A stretch of 64,000 nucleotides of DNA from Nitrospirota bacterium (GTDB taxonomy: Bacteria; Nitrospirota; Nitrospiria; Nitrospirales; NS-4). Made by a program: the position numbers and the translations under genes. Shown here piece by piece: positions 35,250 through 47,174 of this stretch. How positions within the stretch are numbered: position 1 is the stretch's first letter; every line of letters starts with the position of its first letter. The stretch is from the NCBI GenBank assembly GCA_963788195.1, contig CAWBGA010000013.1, positions 256,001 through 320,000 of the forward strand, in the 5' to 3' direction. Under the pieces are notes generated by a model. The model saw only the letters and a list, made by a program, of their open reading frames with translations, was not told where the DNA came from and searched no databases.

Positions 35250-36401
35250 GCAAAGCCGGACCAGCGAGCAAGCCTCAATCCGCACGCAAGGCCTGGATGT
35301 GGGTGGGCGCTGCCGTGCTGGTTTGCGCCGGCGCGGTCTGGTGGTATTACGCCTCGGCCAGTCCGCGCCACTCGGCACCCAATACGATGTCTGCCATGCC
35401 CGGCGCGCCGCCTCGTCTCAATCCAACGCCGCCTCCCGGTCCGGCGCCGGCAGGGATGGTCTGGATTCCCGGCGGGGAATTCTCCATGGGCGCGCAAGAT
35501 CCACCCGGCATGGATGAGGTCGGGATGAAAGGCACGACAGATTCGCGGCCGATCCATCGCGTGTATGTCGATGGCTTCTGGATGGACACGACCGAAGTCA
35601 CCAACGAGCAGTTCGAGAAATTCGTGAAAGCCACCGGCTATGTCACCGTCGCCGAGCGCACGCCGCGCGCGAAGATTTTCCCGGCGCGCCGCCTGAGAAT
35701 CTCGTGGCCGGCTCGGTCGTCTTCACGCCGCCCGATCATCCGGTGCCGCTCGACAATCATTTCCAATGGTGGACGTACGTGAAGGGCGCGAACTGGCGTC
35801 ATCCCGATCGGGCCCGGACAGCGACATCGAAGGCCGCGAGCAACTATCCCGTCGTGCATGTCGCCTACGAGGACGCGGTGGCCTACGCGAAGTGGGCGGG
35901 CAAGCGGCTGCCGACCGAAGCGGAATGGGAGTTCGCGGCGCGCGGCGGCCTGACCGGCAAGCTCTATCCGTGGGGCGACGAATTCATGCCCGGACGGCAA
36001 GTGGATGGCGAACATCTATCAGGGACATTTTCCCGATCACGACACGGGCGAGGACGGCTTCGCGGCATCGCGCCGGTCGCGCAGTTCCCGCCGAACGGCT
36101 ACGGCCTGTACGACGTGGCCGGCAACGTCTGGGAATGGGTCAGCGACTGGTATCGGCCCGACTACTACGCGCAGCTCGCGCTGCGGGCGGCGTCGCGCGC
36201 AACCCGCAGGGCCCGGACACGCCGTTCGATCCGAGCGAGCCCGGCGAGAAGAAGCGCGTGCATCGCGGCGGGTCGTTTCTCTGCACGGATCAGTATTGCT
36301 CGCGCTACATGGTCGGCACGCGCGGCAAAGGCGAGGTTAGCACCGGCACCAACCATCTGGGTTTCCGTTGCGTGCAATCCGCATCGGTGGCCGGCCACTA
36401 G
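35246..36401 (+). CDS. Formylglycine-generating enzyme (FGE/SUMF1-like), copy 1, frameshifted
   Basis: N-terminal TM, RLPTEAEWE, GNVWEW, RGGSFLCTDQYCSRY and GFRC. Confidence 0.9.
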
Positions 36402-36444
36402 AACAGTCGTCATTCATGAGCAATCAACAAAAGGAGGACGAATC

Positions 36445-38065
<1,621 letters not shown>

Positions 38066-38121
38066 AGGGATGACCTTCATGGGGGCGGTGGAACTAATGG
38101 GCTAACTGACTGGAGCAGACA

Positions 38122-40581
38122 ATGAAACGAACCATACTGACAACTCTTGCGCTAGCCTCCGGGCTTGGCATGCTCACGGCGCTGACGGCGGCGCCGGTCG
38201 CCGCTCAGGGCGCCGCCCCTGTACAGGTGGTGCTGCCGACCGACCGTACGGTGCTGCCGATTCCGGAGCCGACGTTTAAGCCGATCACTACGTTGGACGC
38301 CCGCGATGCGAAAGCGCCGCCGCGCTTCGAGGTGAAGGCCCCTAAAGATGCGCCCAATGTCGTGATCGTGCTGATTGATGACATCGGCTTCGGCCACAGC
38401 AGCGCCTTCGGCGGGCCTATCCGCATGCCTGTGCTGGACAAGCTGGCGAACGGCGGCCTGAAGTATAACCGCTTCCACACCACCGCGCTGTGCAGCCCCA
38501 CCCGCACGGCCCTGCTGACAGGCCACAACCACCATGCGAACAATGCCGGGGCGATCATGGAACTCGCCACGGCATTCCCCGGTAACACCGGCGTACGCCC
38601 CAAGAGCATTACACCGCTGGCCGAGATTCTGCGCCAGAACGGCTACAGCACGGCCGCCTTTGGCAAATACCACGAGACCCCGCCGTGGGAGGTTTCGGTT
38701 TCCGGTCCCGTATGACCTCTGGCCGACGGGTTCCGGCTTCGACAAATTCTACGGCTTCATCGGCGGCGAGACCAACCAGTGGGCGCCGGCGATCTTCGAT
38801 GGAGTCACGCGCGTAGAGCAGAAGCAGACACCCGACTATCATTTCACCGGCGAGATGACCGATCAGGCGATCAACTGGGTCAGCGCCCAGCAGGCGCTCA
38901 CGCCCGACAAGCCGTTCTACATGTATTTTTCCACGGGGGCCACCCACGCCCCGCACCACGTGCCCAAGGAGTGGATCGCCAAATACAAGGGCGAGTTCAG
39001 CGGTGGCTGGGACAAGCTGCGCGAAGAGACTTTCGCCCGCCAGAAGAAGCTGGGCGTGATCCCCGCCGATGCCAAGCTCACGGAGCGACCCAAGGAGATC
39101 CCCGCGTGGGACGGCATGAGCGCCGACGCAAAAGCGGCTCTTCGAGCGCCAGATGGAAACCTTCGCCGGGTTCGCCGAGCACACCGACCATGAGGTCGGC
39201 CGGCTTAGTCGGCGCAGTTGGAAGTCCATCGGCGAGTTGGACAACACGCTCTTCTTCTACATCGTGGGCGACAACGGCGCGAGCGCCGAAGGCGGACCGG
39301 AAGGCACCTACAACGAGATGATGGCCCTGAACGGCATCGTGGGCAAAGCCGACCAGATGATGGGGCACATCGATGCGTGGGGTGATGCCGACGACGTTCC
39401 CGCATTTCGCCATCGGCTGGGCTTGGGCGGGTAATACGCCCTTCCAGTGGACCAAACAGGTGGCCAGCCACTTCGGCGGCACGCGCAACGGCATGGTGCT
39501 CCATTGGCCCAAAGGGGTGAAAGCCAAGGGCGAGGTCCGCAGCCAGTTCCACCACGTGATAGATGTGGCTCCCACCGTGCTCGAGGCCGCGAAACATCCC
39601 ACGGCCCAAGATGGTGAACGGCATCAAGCAGCGGCCCATGGACGGCGTCTCGATGCTGTACTCCGCCGACAACGCCAAGGCCGCCGATCGGCGTAAGACT
39701 CAGTACTTCGAGATGTTCGGCAACCGCGGTATCTATCATGAGGGCTGGGTGGCGTGCACTCGGCCACTCGATTCCGTGGCTGGCGACCGAAGCTTCCGGC
39801 GCTGAAGGACGACGAATGGGAGCTCTACAAAGTGGATGAGGACTTCAGCCAGGGGAACGATCTCGCCAAAAAGAATCCCGCCAGGCTCAAGGAGATAAGG
39901 CCGTGTTCATGAAGGAGGCCGATTCAGGAACAATGTGCTACCCATTGACGATCGCCGCTTCGAGCGCTTCAACCCGGCCCTCGCAGGGCGGCCCGACATC
40001 ATGGGCGGGCGCAAGTCGCTGACGGTTTACCCCGGTATGACGGGCATGCTGGAGAATGCCTTCATCAATGTGAAGGGCGTGCATCACACCATCACCGCGG
40101 AGGTGGAGTTGAAGGACGAAAAGACGGAAGGCGTGATTATCGCCCAGGCCGGCTACTTCGGTGGATGGGTCAATTAAATGAAGGACGGAAGCCGCACAAC
40201 GAATACACATTTCGCCCTTGAACGCACGAACATCGCGGGCACACGGCATGCGCCCGGGCAAACACACGAACTCCTACGAGGGCATCCCCGATGCGGTCAA
40301 GCCCGGCACCGGTCAGGTCGATTCTGAGCGTCGATGGCAAAAAAGTTGCCGAAGGGCAAATCCCCAAGACCCAGCCTTTCGGCTTCTCTGCGGATGAAGG
40401 TGCGGACGTTGGCGTGGACGGGGAGACGAACGTTTCTCCTGACTACAAGCAGGGTAACAACACCTTCACCGGCAAGATCGCCAAGGTGACGATCGAGCTG
40501 AAGGAGATGAAGGCTGCTGACACGCAGGAGGCGGAGAAATCCCACCGGGAAGCCGCGCTGAAGAAAGGCCTGTCCGACTAA
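38122..40581 (+). CDS. Secreted AtsA-type arylsulfatase (CSPTR), copy 1, frameshifted
   Basis: [28 protein letters not shown] and QYFEMFGNR. Confidence 0.9.
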
Positions 40582-40599
40582 TGCATTATTGCAGAAATC

Positions 40600-40633
40600 G
40601 CGGGGCAGCGCGGACTACCGCCCGCTGTCCCGC
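40600..40633 (+). terminator. GC-rich hairpin after the sulfatase
   Basis: GCGGGGCAGCG...CGCTGTCCCGC; weak U-tract. Confidence 0.4.
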
Positions 40634-40697
40634 TCCTTGCTAAGGAGGGGGTAGGCGTAAGGTCCGAAGTTCAGTTCGACAAATTAAGGAGGCAAGT

Positions 40698-41135
40698 ATG
40701 ATGAAACGACTTTTTCCCCTTGTGATTCTTGCGGTTTTCTTTTGTGCAGGCCTTGTCCTGGCTGCCGAGTCGCCGGTCGGCAAATGGAACACGATTGATG
40801 AAAAGACCGGCAAGGTCACGTCCGAAGTGGAAATGTACGAGCAGGGCGGCAAGCTTTTCGGCAAGATCACGAGTTTGCCTGAACCAAACGACGCACAGGG
40901 CAAACCGAAGATCTGCACCCCCTGCACGGGCGCCGACAAAGACAAACCTGTCGTTGGACTGGTCATTATCAAGGACCTCAGCCTGAAAGGAGATCGCTAC
41001 AAGGACGGGACGCTCCTGGACCCCGATGACGGCAAGATCTACAAAGGAGAAGTCTGGCTTGAGGGTGACAAGCTGAAGGTTCGCGGCTATCTCGGACTCT
41101 TCTACAGAACGCAGACATGGGTCAGGGCCAAATGA
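40698..41135 (+). CDS. Secreted DUF2147 protein
   Basis: SPVGKWNTID, CTPC, LDPDDGKIY and VRGYLG..RTQTW. Confidence 0.88.
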   Translation: MMKRLFPLVILAVFFCAGLVLAAESPVGKWNTIDEKTGKVTSEVEMYEQGGKLFGKITSLPEPNDAQGKPKICTPCTGADKDKPVVGLVIIKDLSLKGDRYKDGTLLDPDDGKIYKGEVWLEGDKLKVRGYLGLFYRTQTWVRAK

Positions 41136-41315
41136 GAAGACGACGCGCCTGAGGTGAAGGCAGGTGGACGTCGAACTGAACGACGCCATCTACCTGGTGA
41201 TGCGTTTGTATTGGCCGAAGACGGAGTGTCCTTCCATTCTGCCTGCCGGCGAAAGTTCCTGGAATCCGCCTGCGGTGAAGCGGGCGCAGTGAATACCGTG
41301 AAGAAGGAGGTGTGT

Positions 41316-42032
41316 ATGAAACGCGCTTCAACGGCAACAGTCATCTCGTGTCTGTTCGCCATGGTCGTGGCCGCCGGGTCTGCCTCAGCCAAGGTCAGCG
41401 ACCGCGAGCAACTCGTAACCGGGAAGCTCCCGCGGCCCGATCACATCCTGGTGTACAACTTCGCCGCCACGGCCGCCGATGTTGCGGCCGAGTCCGCCCT
41501 GGCCGGTCAACCGGACTTGGACACCACGCCCCAAACCGCCGAACAGATCGCGGAAGGACGAAAGCTGGGCGCTCAAATTGCGGCGGAGCTGGTCGAGCAG
41601 ATCCGTGGCATGAGACTGCCCGCCGAGCGGGCTTCGACGGGAACAAAACCGCAGATCAACGACATTGTGATTCGAGGCTCTCTCCTCTCCATCCAAGAGG
41701 GCAGTGCCGCCAAGCGCGTCGGAATCGGATTCGGCTCCGGGGCGTCCGAGTTGAAAACGGCGGTGGAAGGCTTCCAGATGACGGCTCAAGGACTGCGCAA
41801 ACTCGGATCCGGCACCGTCGATGCCGGCGGAGGTAAAGCCCCGGGCGCCGCCTTGGGGGTTGTCGGCCTCGCTGCCACCGGCAACCCGGCGGGACTCATC
41901 ATCAGCAGTGGGATGAAAGTGTATGGAGAGAAAAGCGGCAGCAGCAAGGTTGAGGGCAGGGGCAAGCAGACCGCCAAGGAAATTGCCGGCGTGCTCAAGC
42001 AGCGGTTTCAGGAACAGGGCTGGATCAATTGA
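41316..42032 (+). CDS. Secreted DUF4410-like protein
   Basis: RBS AAGGAGG; signal peptide; EGSAAKRVGIGFGSGAS. Confidence 0.75.
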   Translation: MKRASTATVISCLFAMVVAAGSASAKVSDREQLVTGKLPRPDHILVYNFAATAADVAAESALAGQPDLDTTPQTAEQIAEGRKLGAQIAAELVEQIRGMRLPAERASTGTKPQINDIVIRGSLLSIQEGSAAKRVGIGFGSGASELKTAVEGFQMTAQGLRKLGSGTVDAGGGKAPGAALGVVGLAATGNPAGLIISSGMKVYGEKSGSSKVEGRGKQTAKEIAGVLKQRFQEQGWIN

Positions 42033-42095
42033 ATGGGATACGAGCCTGGAAGACTTCAACGCATAGAGCGCTGGGAACCATCAGCGACTTTGACG

Positions 42096-42115
42096 ACCTG
42101 TCAATTTTGACAGTA
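42096..42115 (+). promoter_or_regulatory. Lux-box-like palindrome 3 (ACCTGTCAATTTTGACAGTA)
   Basis: GATAAT 22 nt downstream (42138-42143); heads the K+ channel-pqi operon. Confidence 0.72.
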
Positions 42116-42210
42116 TCCATTCTGCCGGCGGCGCGTTGATAATGCTCCGCGCATATCCATTACGTCTCGGCGGCTTAAGTCTCATCAACGGGCACTCCTG
42201 AAGGCGTGAG

Positions 42211-42891
42211 ATGATTGCGAGGAAATTCAACATCGGTGCCGTCACAAGCTTCTGGACCCCGGATCGGAACCTGAGCGTATTTCTGGGGACACTGGTTGTT
42301 GCCGTATTCATCCTGTCTCCCCTCGGGATCACGCTGCTCACCAGCATAGGGTTTTCGCTTCTCCTCATTTCAGGCGTCATGGCCGTTGCCGACAGCCGAG
42401 CCATGATCGTTTTTATGGTGGGCAGCGGCGCCGCGGCTCTCGTCGCCCATTGGGTCCAACATCTCGTTCAGAGTCCCGGACTGGCGTTGTTGGATGCGCT
42501 CTCCTCGATGTGGTTTTTCGGGTTATTGGCCGGCCTGATCCTCATAGAGACCTTTAAAAAAGGACCGATCACTGTGCATCGGATCCAAGGCGCAATCTCC
42601 GTTTATCTGCTGTTGGGCTTGATCTGGGCCTTTGCCTATGACATGGTCGCCCTCCACTTTCCCGGGTCATTCCAATCGGAGGAACTGAAGGTGCATCATG
42701 GCATCCTCACGCCCATCTTCATCTACTTCAGCTTTACGACCCTGACGACGGCCGGGTACGGCGATATCACCCCGGTCCATCCAATCGCACGCTCGCTCGC
42801 GATGCTTGAGGCGCTGACAGGGCAACTGTTTCCAGCCATCCTTCTTGGCAGGCTGGTGGCGATGGAACTGCAGTATAAACAGTTGCGATAG
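42211..42891 (+). CDS. Potassium channel family protein (pore domain plus extra TMs)
   Basis: YFSFTTLTTAGYGDITP selectivity filter. Confidence 0.88.
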   Translation: MIARKFNIGAVTSFWTPDRNLSVFLGTLVVAVFILSPLGITLLTSIGFSLLLISGVMAVADSRAMIVFMVGSGAAALVAHWVQHLVQSPGLALLDALSSMWFFGLLAGLILIETFKKGPITVHRIQGAISVYLLLGLIWAFAYDMVALHFPGSFQSEELKVHHGILTPIFIYFSFTTLTTAGYGDITPVHPIARSLAMLEALTGQLFPAILLGRLVAMELQYKQLR

Positions 42892-42915
42892 GAGATCGTT
42901 TAGGCCAGGAGAATT

Positions 42916-43578
42916 GTGATTAGCTCGACTTCAGCTTTCATCGCGTGCCATGAATGCGACCTGTTGCAGCGGAGGATCACCCTTCCTCCAGGGGGCGCCG
43001 CGTGCTGTATACGCTGCGGTGCGGCTCTCTACCGCAACAAGCCTGACAGTCTCGACTACACGCTCGCGTTCACGCTCACGGCCGCCGTCCTGCTGATCGT
43101 GGCCAATCTGTTCCCCGTGGTCGGACTCGAGGCACAGGGTAACCGGACCTCGACGACACTATTCGGCACGGTGCGCACGCTTTACGACGACGGGATGCGG
43201 AGCGTGGCGGCGCTCGTCTTTGTCACGACGATCCTGATGCCGCTGCTCGACGTCGGGGCAATGCTCTACATGCTGTTGCCCCTCAAGCTCGGGTGGGTCC
43301 CGAAGGGACTGCCGGCCATGTTCCGTCTTGTCCAGACGGTGCGGCCGTGGGGCATGGTCGAGGTGTTCATGCTCGGAACCCTCGTGTCGCTCGCCAAGCT
43401 CGCGCACATTGCCCATGTCCAGCCTGGGATCGCGCTATGGTCCTTCGGCGTGCTGATGTTCATGGTCGCGGCCGCCGCGGCATCTTTTGACGCCGATGAT
43501 CTCTGGGCCCGCGTAGAGGCGACCGGGCGACGGCCGCGCTTCGCCCCCGTGGCCGAGAGAGCGGAGGAGGCACGATGA
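42916..43578 (+). CDS. pqiA: PqiA-family protein, N-terminal half
   Basis: ACHECDLL..CIRCG, ANLFP and WGMVEVF. Confidence 0.88.
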   Translation: MISSTSAFIACHECDLLQRRITLPPGGAACCIRCGAALYRNKPDSLDYTLAFTLTAAVLLIVANLFPVVGLEAQGNRTSTTLFGTVRTLYDDGMRSVAALVFVTTILMPLLDVGAMLYMLLPLKLGWVPKGLPAMFRLVQTVRPWGMVEVFMLGTLVSLAKLAHIAHVQPGIALWSFGVLMFMVAAAAASFDADDLWARVEATGRRPRFAPVAERAEEAR

Positions 43579-44201
43579 CCGCGATGACGGCTGCCGAAGC
43601 GGGGCTGCTCCTCTGCCACACCTGCCATCAGCTCAACCGGCCGTCCGGAGGGGGGCACGACCTGGTGTGCACGCGGTGCGGCGCGAGCCTGCACGTGCGC
43701 AAGCCCGACAGCATCACGCGCGCATGGGCGTTCCTTATCGCCGCCTGCGTCCTGTTCATCCCGGCGAACGTCCTGCCCGTCATGGAAACCGGCTCCCTCT
43801 TCGGCGCGCAGAGTGATACCATCATGAGCGGCGTTGTGTATCTCTGGACGTCGGGCTCGTGGCCCCTGGCGGTGATTATCTTCATCGCGAGCATCATGGT
43901 GCCGGGCTCGAAGTTAGTCGCGATGTTTTTCCTGCTCGTCTCGGCGCAGCGCCGCTCCACCTGGAGGCCGCTGGAGCGCACCCGGCTGTACCGGGTCGTG
44001 GAACTCGTCGGCCGCTGGTCCATGGTGGATATCTACGTCGCGGCGATCCTCACCGCGCTTGTCCAGTTCAAGGCGCTGGCGACGATCAGGGCCGGGCCGG
44101 GGGCGATCGCCTTCGGAGCGGTGGTGGTGCTCACGATGTTTGCGGCGGAGTGTTTTGACCCACGCCTCATTTGGGATCCGCTGAGGAAGACTGATGGCTA
44201 A
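43575..44201 (+). CDS. pqiA: PqiA-family protein, C-terminal half
   Basis: CHTC..CTRCG, PANVLP, GRWSMVDIY and FDPRLIWD. Confidence 0.9.
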   Translation: MTAMTAAEAGLLLCHTCHQLNRPSGGGHDLVCTRCGASLHVRKPDSITRAWAFLIAACVLFIPANVLPVMETGSLFGAQSDTIMSGVVYLWTSGSWPLAVIIFIASIMVPGSKLVAMFFLLVSAQRRSTWRPLERTRLYRVVELVGRWSMVDIYVAAILTALVQFKALATIRAGPGAIAFGAVVVLTMFAAECFDPRLIWDPLRKTDG

Positions 44202-45828
44202 CACTCCACGAGATTTCGATCTCCCCGACGCCGTGGCCGCGCCGAAGCGGCGTTGGAAGCTGTCTGTCGTCTGGCTGATCCCTCTCGTGGCCGTCGTGAT
44301 CGGCGGGTGGCTCGCGGTGAAGGCCGTGCTCGACAAGGGGCCAACGATCACGATCAGCTTCAAGACGGCCGAAGGACTGGAGGCGGGCAAGACCAAGATC
44401 AAGTACAAGGACGTCGATGTGGGTCTAGTGACGTTGGTTACGCTCAGCAAAGATCTTAAGGGTGTCGTGGCGACCGCAGAGCTTGTCAAGGGGGCCAAGC
44501 CCTACATGGTCGAGGACGCCCGCTTCTGGATCGTGCGGCCCCGGGTCGCCGGCGGTGTGGTCTCCGGGCTCGGGACATTGTTCTCCGGCTCCTATATCGG
44601 TGTGGACCTCGGGAAATCCGGCAAGGCCCGGCGTGACTTCGTCGGCCTCGAAACGCCCCCGATCGTCACCGGTGATGTCCCGGGCCGTCAGTTTGTCCTG
44701 CACAGTGAGAATCTCGGCTCGCTCGACGTCGGCTCGCCGGTCTACTTCCGGCGGGTAGCAGTGGGACAGGTGGTGGCCAGCGAGCTCGACAAGGACGGCC
44801 AGGGCGTGACATTCAAGATCTTCCTGAACGCGCCGCACGACCAGTACGTGAATCCGAACTCGCGGTTCTGGAACGCGAGCGGGATTGATGTCACCCTGGA
44901 CTCGACAGGGATCAAGGTGGACACCCAATCCCTCGCATCAATTCTCATCGGCGGCATCGCGTTCGAAACGCTGCCGGGTTCGTCGGCGGAATCGCCGGCC
45001 GAGGCAAACACCATGTTCGCCTTGGCTAGTAGCCGGGCCGAGGCTATGAAGCGTCCGGACGCGATGTCCGTGCCTGCCGTCCTGCTCTTCACGGACTCGC
45101 TTCGCGGTCTTGCGATTGGATCGCCCGTGGAATTCCGGGGGATAAACATTGGCGAGGTCAAATCCATGGAAGTGGAATTTGACCAGGCACACAACGAGTT
45201 CCGCTTCCCGGTTGGGGTTGCAATTTATCCCCAGCGTCTGTTGGCGCTCGCTCCCGCTGCTTCACAACAGGTCCAGTTTGACGAGGCCAGCCGCAAGGCG
45301 AGATGGAATGCGATGGTCGAGCGTGGACTGCGCGGTCAGCTTAGGTCTGGAAGCTTGCTGACGGGCCAACTGTACGTGAGCATGGACTTCTTTCCCAATG
45401 CGCCTAAGGCCCATGTGGATTGGACGAGAACGCCGCCCGTCTTGCCGACGGTTCCGGGTGTAATGACGGAGATACAGGAAACCCTTTCTAACCTTGCAAG
45501 GAAACTTCAGAATGTGCCGTTGGACCAGATCGGCGGCGATATCCGCCTAGCCCTCAAGAGCATGACCCGCACGCTTGAGAGTGCAGACAAGCTCGTGAAG
45601 GGACTCGACGCGGACGTGGTGCCTGCGGCGAGTACCGCCCTGAATGAAGCGCGCAAGACCCTCATCTCGGCGGAGCGCAGCCTCAACGCTGATGCACCGC
45701 TGCAGCAGGACGTGCGCGGGACGCTTCGTGAGCTCAGCCGGGCGGCACAGGCCCTGCGCGTGCTCGCCGATTATCTCGAGCGCCATCCCGAGTCGCTGAT
45801 TCAGGGCAAGAAAGCGCAAAAACCGTGA
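44194..45828 (+). CDS. pqiB: PqiB multi-MCE protein
   Basis: VWLIPLVA, three MCE repeats (GLEAGKT, GSLDVGSPV, GLAIGSPV) and LERHPESLI. Confidence 0.92.
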   Translation: MANTPRDFDLPDAVAAPKRRWKLSVVWLIPLVAVVIGGWLAVKAVLDKGPTITISFKTAEGLEAGKTKIKYKDVDVGLVTLVTLSKDLKGVVATAELVKGAKPYMVEDARFWIVRPRVAGGVVSGLGTLFSGSYIGVDLGKSGKARRDFVGLETPPIVTGDVPGRQFVLHSENLGSLDVGSPVYFRRVAVGQVVASELDKDGQGVTFKIFLNAPHDQYVNPNSRFWNASGIDVTLDSTGIKVDTQSLASILIGGIAFETLPGSSAESPAEANTMFALASSRAEAMKRPDAMSVPAVLLFTDSLRGLAIGSPVEFRGINIGEVKSMEVEFDQAHNEFRFPVGVAIYPQRLLALAPAASQQVQFDEASRKARWNAMVERGLRGQLRSGSLLTGQLYVSMDFFPNAPKAHVDWTRTPPVLPTVPGVMTEIQETLSNLARKLQNVPLDQIGGDIRLALKSMTRTLESADKLVKGLDADVVPAASTALNEARKTLISAERSLNADAPLQQDVRGTLRELSRAAQALRVLADYLERHPESLIQGKKAQKP

Positions 45829-46430
45829 CGCGAATTCGCTTCGGCATCGCTACCTCATCCCTCGTCGCCGCGATCCTCGTGGGCTGCGGCGGCTCTCCTG
45901 AGCCGCGCTTCTATACCATGGGCGGGGGAGCGATCCCGGCCAGTGACAGAAACGAGAAAGCGACGGCGGAGTACACTGTCGCAGTCGGGCCGGTCAGTCT
46001 GCCTGAGTCTGTGGATCGTCCGCAGATCGTCGTGCGTGCCGGGGCCAACCAGGTCTCCATTATGGAGCAGCACCGGTGGGCAGCCCCTCTCAGAAGCGAG
46101 ATTGCCCGTGTAATCGCTGAGGACCTTGCGCAATTGCTCGGCAACAGGCTGGTCTCGTCCTATGAGCAGAACACTGCTCGTCCAGACATTCAAGTGTCGG
46201 TGGACCTGCAGCGCTTCGACTCAACCCTCGGCGAGACCGTCACGATCGATACCCTCTGGTCGGTTCGCCGCTCTCCCGATGGTCAACCGAAAACCGGCCG
46301 GTCGCTGATCCAGGAGCCGGCGGGCGGGGAAGGCTATGATGCGCTGGTGGCCGCGCACAGCCGCGCGCTTGCCAAGGTGAGCAGCGATATCGCGGAGGCC
46401 ATCCGCTCGACTAACACGATGGCACGCTAA
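45825..46430 (+). CDS. pqiC: PqiC-family lipoprotein
   Basis: Lipobox LVGC, VDRPQIV and RWAAPL. Confidence 0.9.
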   Translation: MTRIRFGIATSSLVAAILVGCGGSPEPRFYTMGGGAIPASDRNEKATAEYTVAVGPVSLPESVDRPQIVVRAGANQVSIMEQHRWAAPLRSEIARVIAEDLAQLLGNRLVSSYEQNTARPDIQVSVDLQRFDSTLGETVTIDTLWSVRRSPDGQPKTGRSLIQEPAGGEGYDALVAAHSRALAKVSSDIAEAIRSTNTMAR

Positions 46431-46470
46431 GGTCCCGCAGTTCTGTTCAGCCTTTCTGCGATATCCGGGG

Positions 46471-46614
46471 CGCACTCCGATAACATGAGCTAGTCTACGT
46501 GCGCGCCTAAAGGTCCTGATCGCGCGCAGCGGCGCTGGTGCTGCTCTCTCGCCCCTGTCATTTCTGACAGTATCAGCTTTTTACCGCGTGGTATACGGTC
46601 ACCATTTGTCGAGT
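46471..46614 (+). repeat. About 144-bp direct repeat, copy 1 (promoter module)
   Basis: Near-identical to 46945-47133. Confidence 0.92.
46553..46572 (+). promoter_or_regulatory. Lux-box-like palindrome 4 (CCCTGTCATTTCTGACAGTA)
   Basis: TACGGT 21 nt downstream (46594-46599). Confidence 0.7.
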
Positions 46615-46740
46615 ACGCCTAGACGCGGCTTCGCTTGTCTGGCTGCACACGGCGCAAGGGGATTTCAAAGACGATGACAAAAAGGGCAATCTCGGCTGCG
46701 TCGAATATGCGGTGCGCCTTTAAATGAAGGGGGCAAGGCC

Positions 46741-46962
46741 ATGTGCACTGTCAGAACGAGGGTCGTACCCGCAGGAGAAACGCTTACTAATGATCTGATC
46801 TCTTGTCGTGACTGCGGCGCGACAGACTTGGATGTTTTTTATACCTCTCCACAGGATTGCTATCATCTCTGCTCTGACTGCTTTCACATCGCACAGCGCA
46901 GCGATACGGTTTCTAGAGATGCCGTCCTGCAGCGCCGACTGGACCGCACCCCGATAACATGA
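46741..46962 (+). CDS. Small Cys-rich putative zinc-ribbon protein
   Basis: CRDC...CYHLCSDC; purine-rich RBS; lies between the two promoter repeats. Confidence 0.5.
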   Translation: MCTVRTRVVPAGETLTNDLISCRDCGATDLDVFYTSPQDCYHLCSDCFHIAQRSDTVSRDAVLQRRLDRTPIT

Positions 46963-47133
46963 GCTAGTCTACGTGCGCACCTAGAGGTCCTGATCGCGCG
47001 CAGCGGCACCGGTGCTGCTCTCTCGCCCAGCCTGTTATTTCTGACAGTAGCAACCTTTTCCGGCGTCATGTACGGTCACCCATATTGCGGCCGAGCCGGG
47101 AGGGTTTCCCCTCGGCGCGACCATTTGTCGAGT
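46945..47133 (+). repeat. Direct repeat, copy 2, with an extra hairpin of about 40 bp
   Basis: Extra CCGAG..GGGA..TCCC..CTCGG segment relative to copy 1. Confidence 0.92.
47030..47049 (+). promoter_or_regulatory. Lux-box-like palindrome 5 (GCCTGTTATTTCTGACAGTA)
   Basis: One mismatch to the core; TACGGT 21 nt downstream (47071-47076). Confidence 0.65.
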
Positions 47134-47174
47134 GGACTACATTCTGCATTCAAAAGATCAAGGAGGCTTTGAAA

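Noticed and set aside
46471..47133. CRISPR array, MITE or att sites
   Set aside because: Only two long direct copies, no repeat-spacer periodicity, no terminal inverted repeats, and no cas or integrase gene
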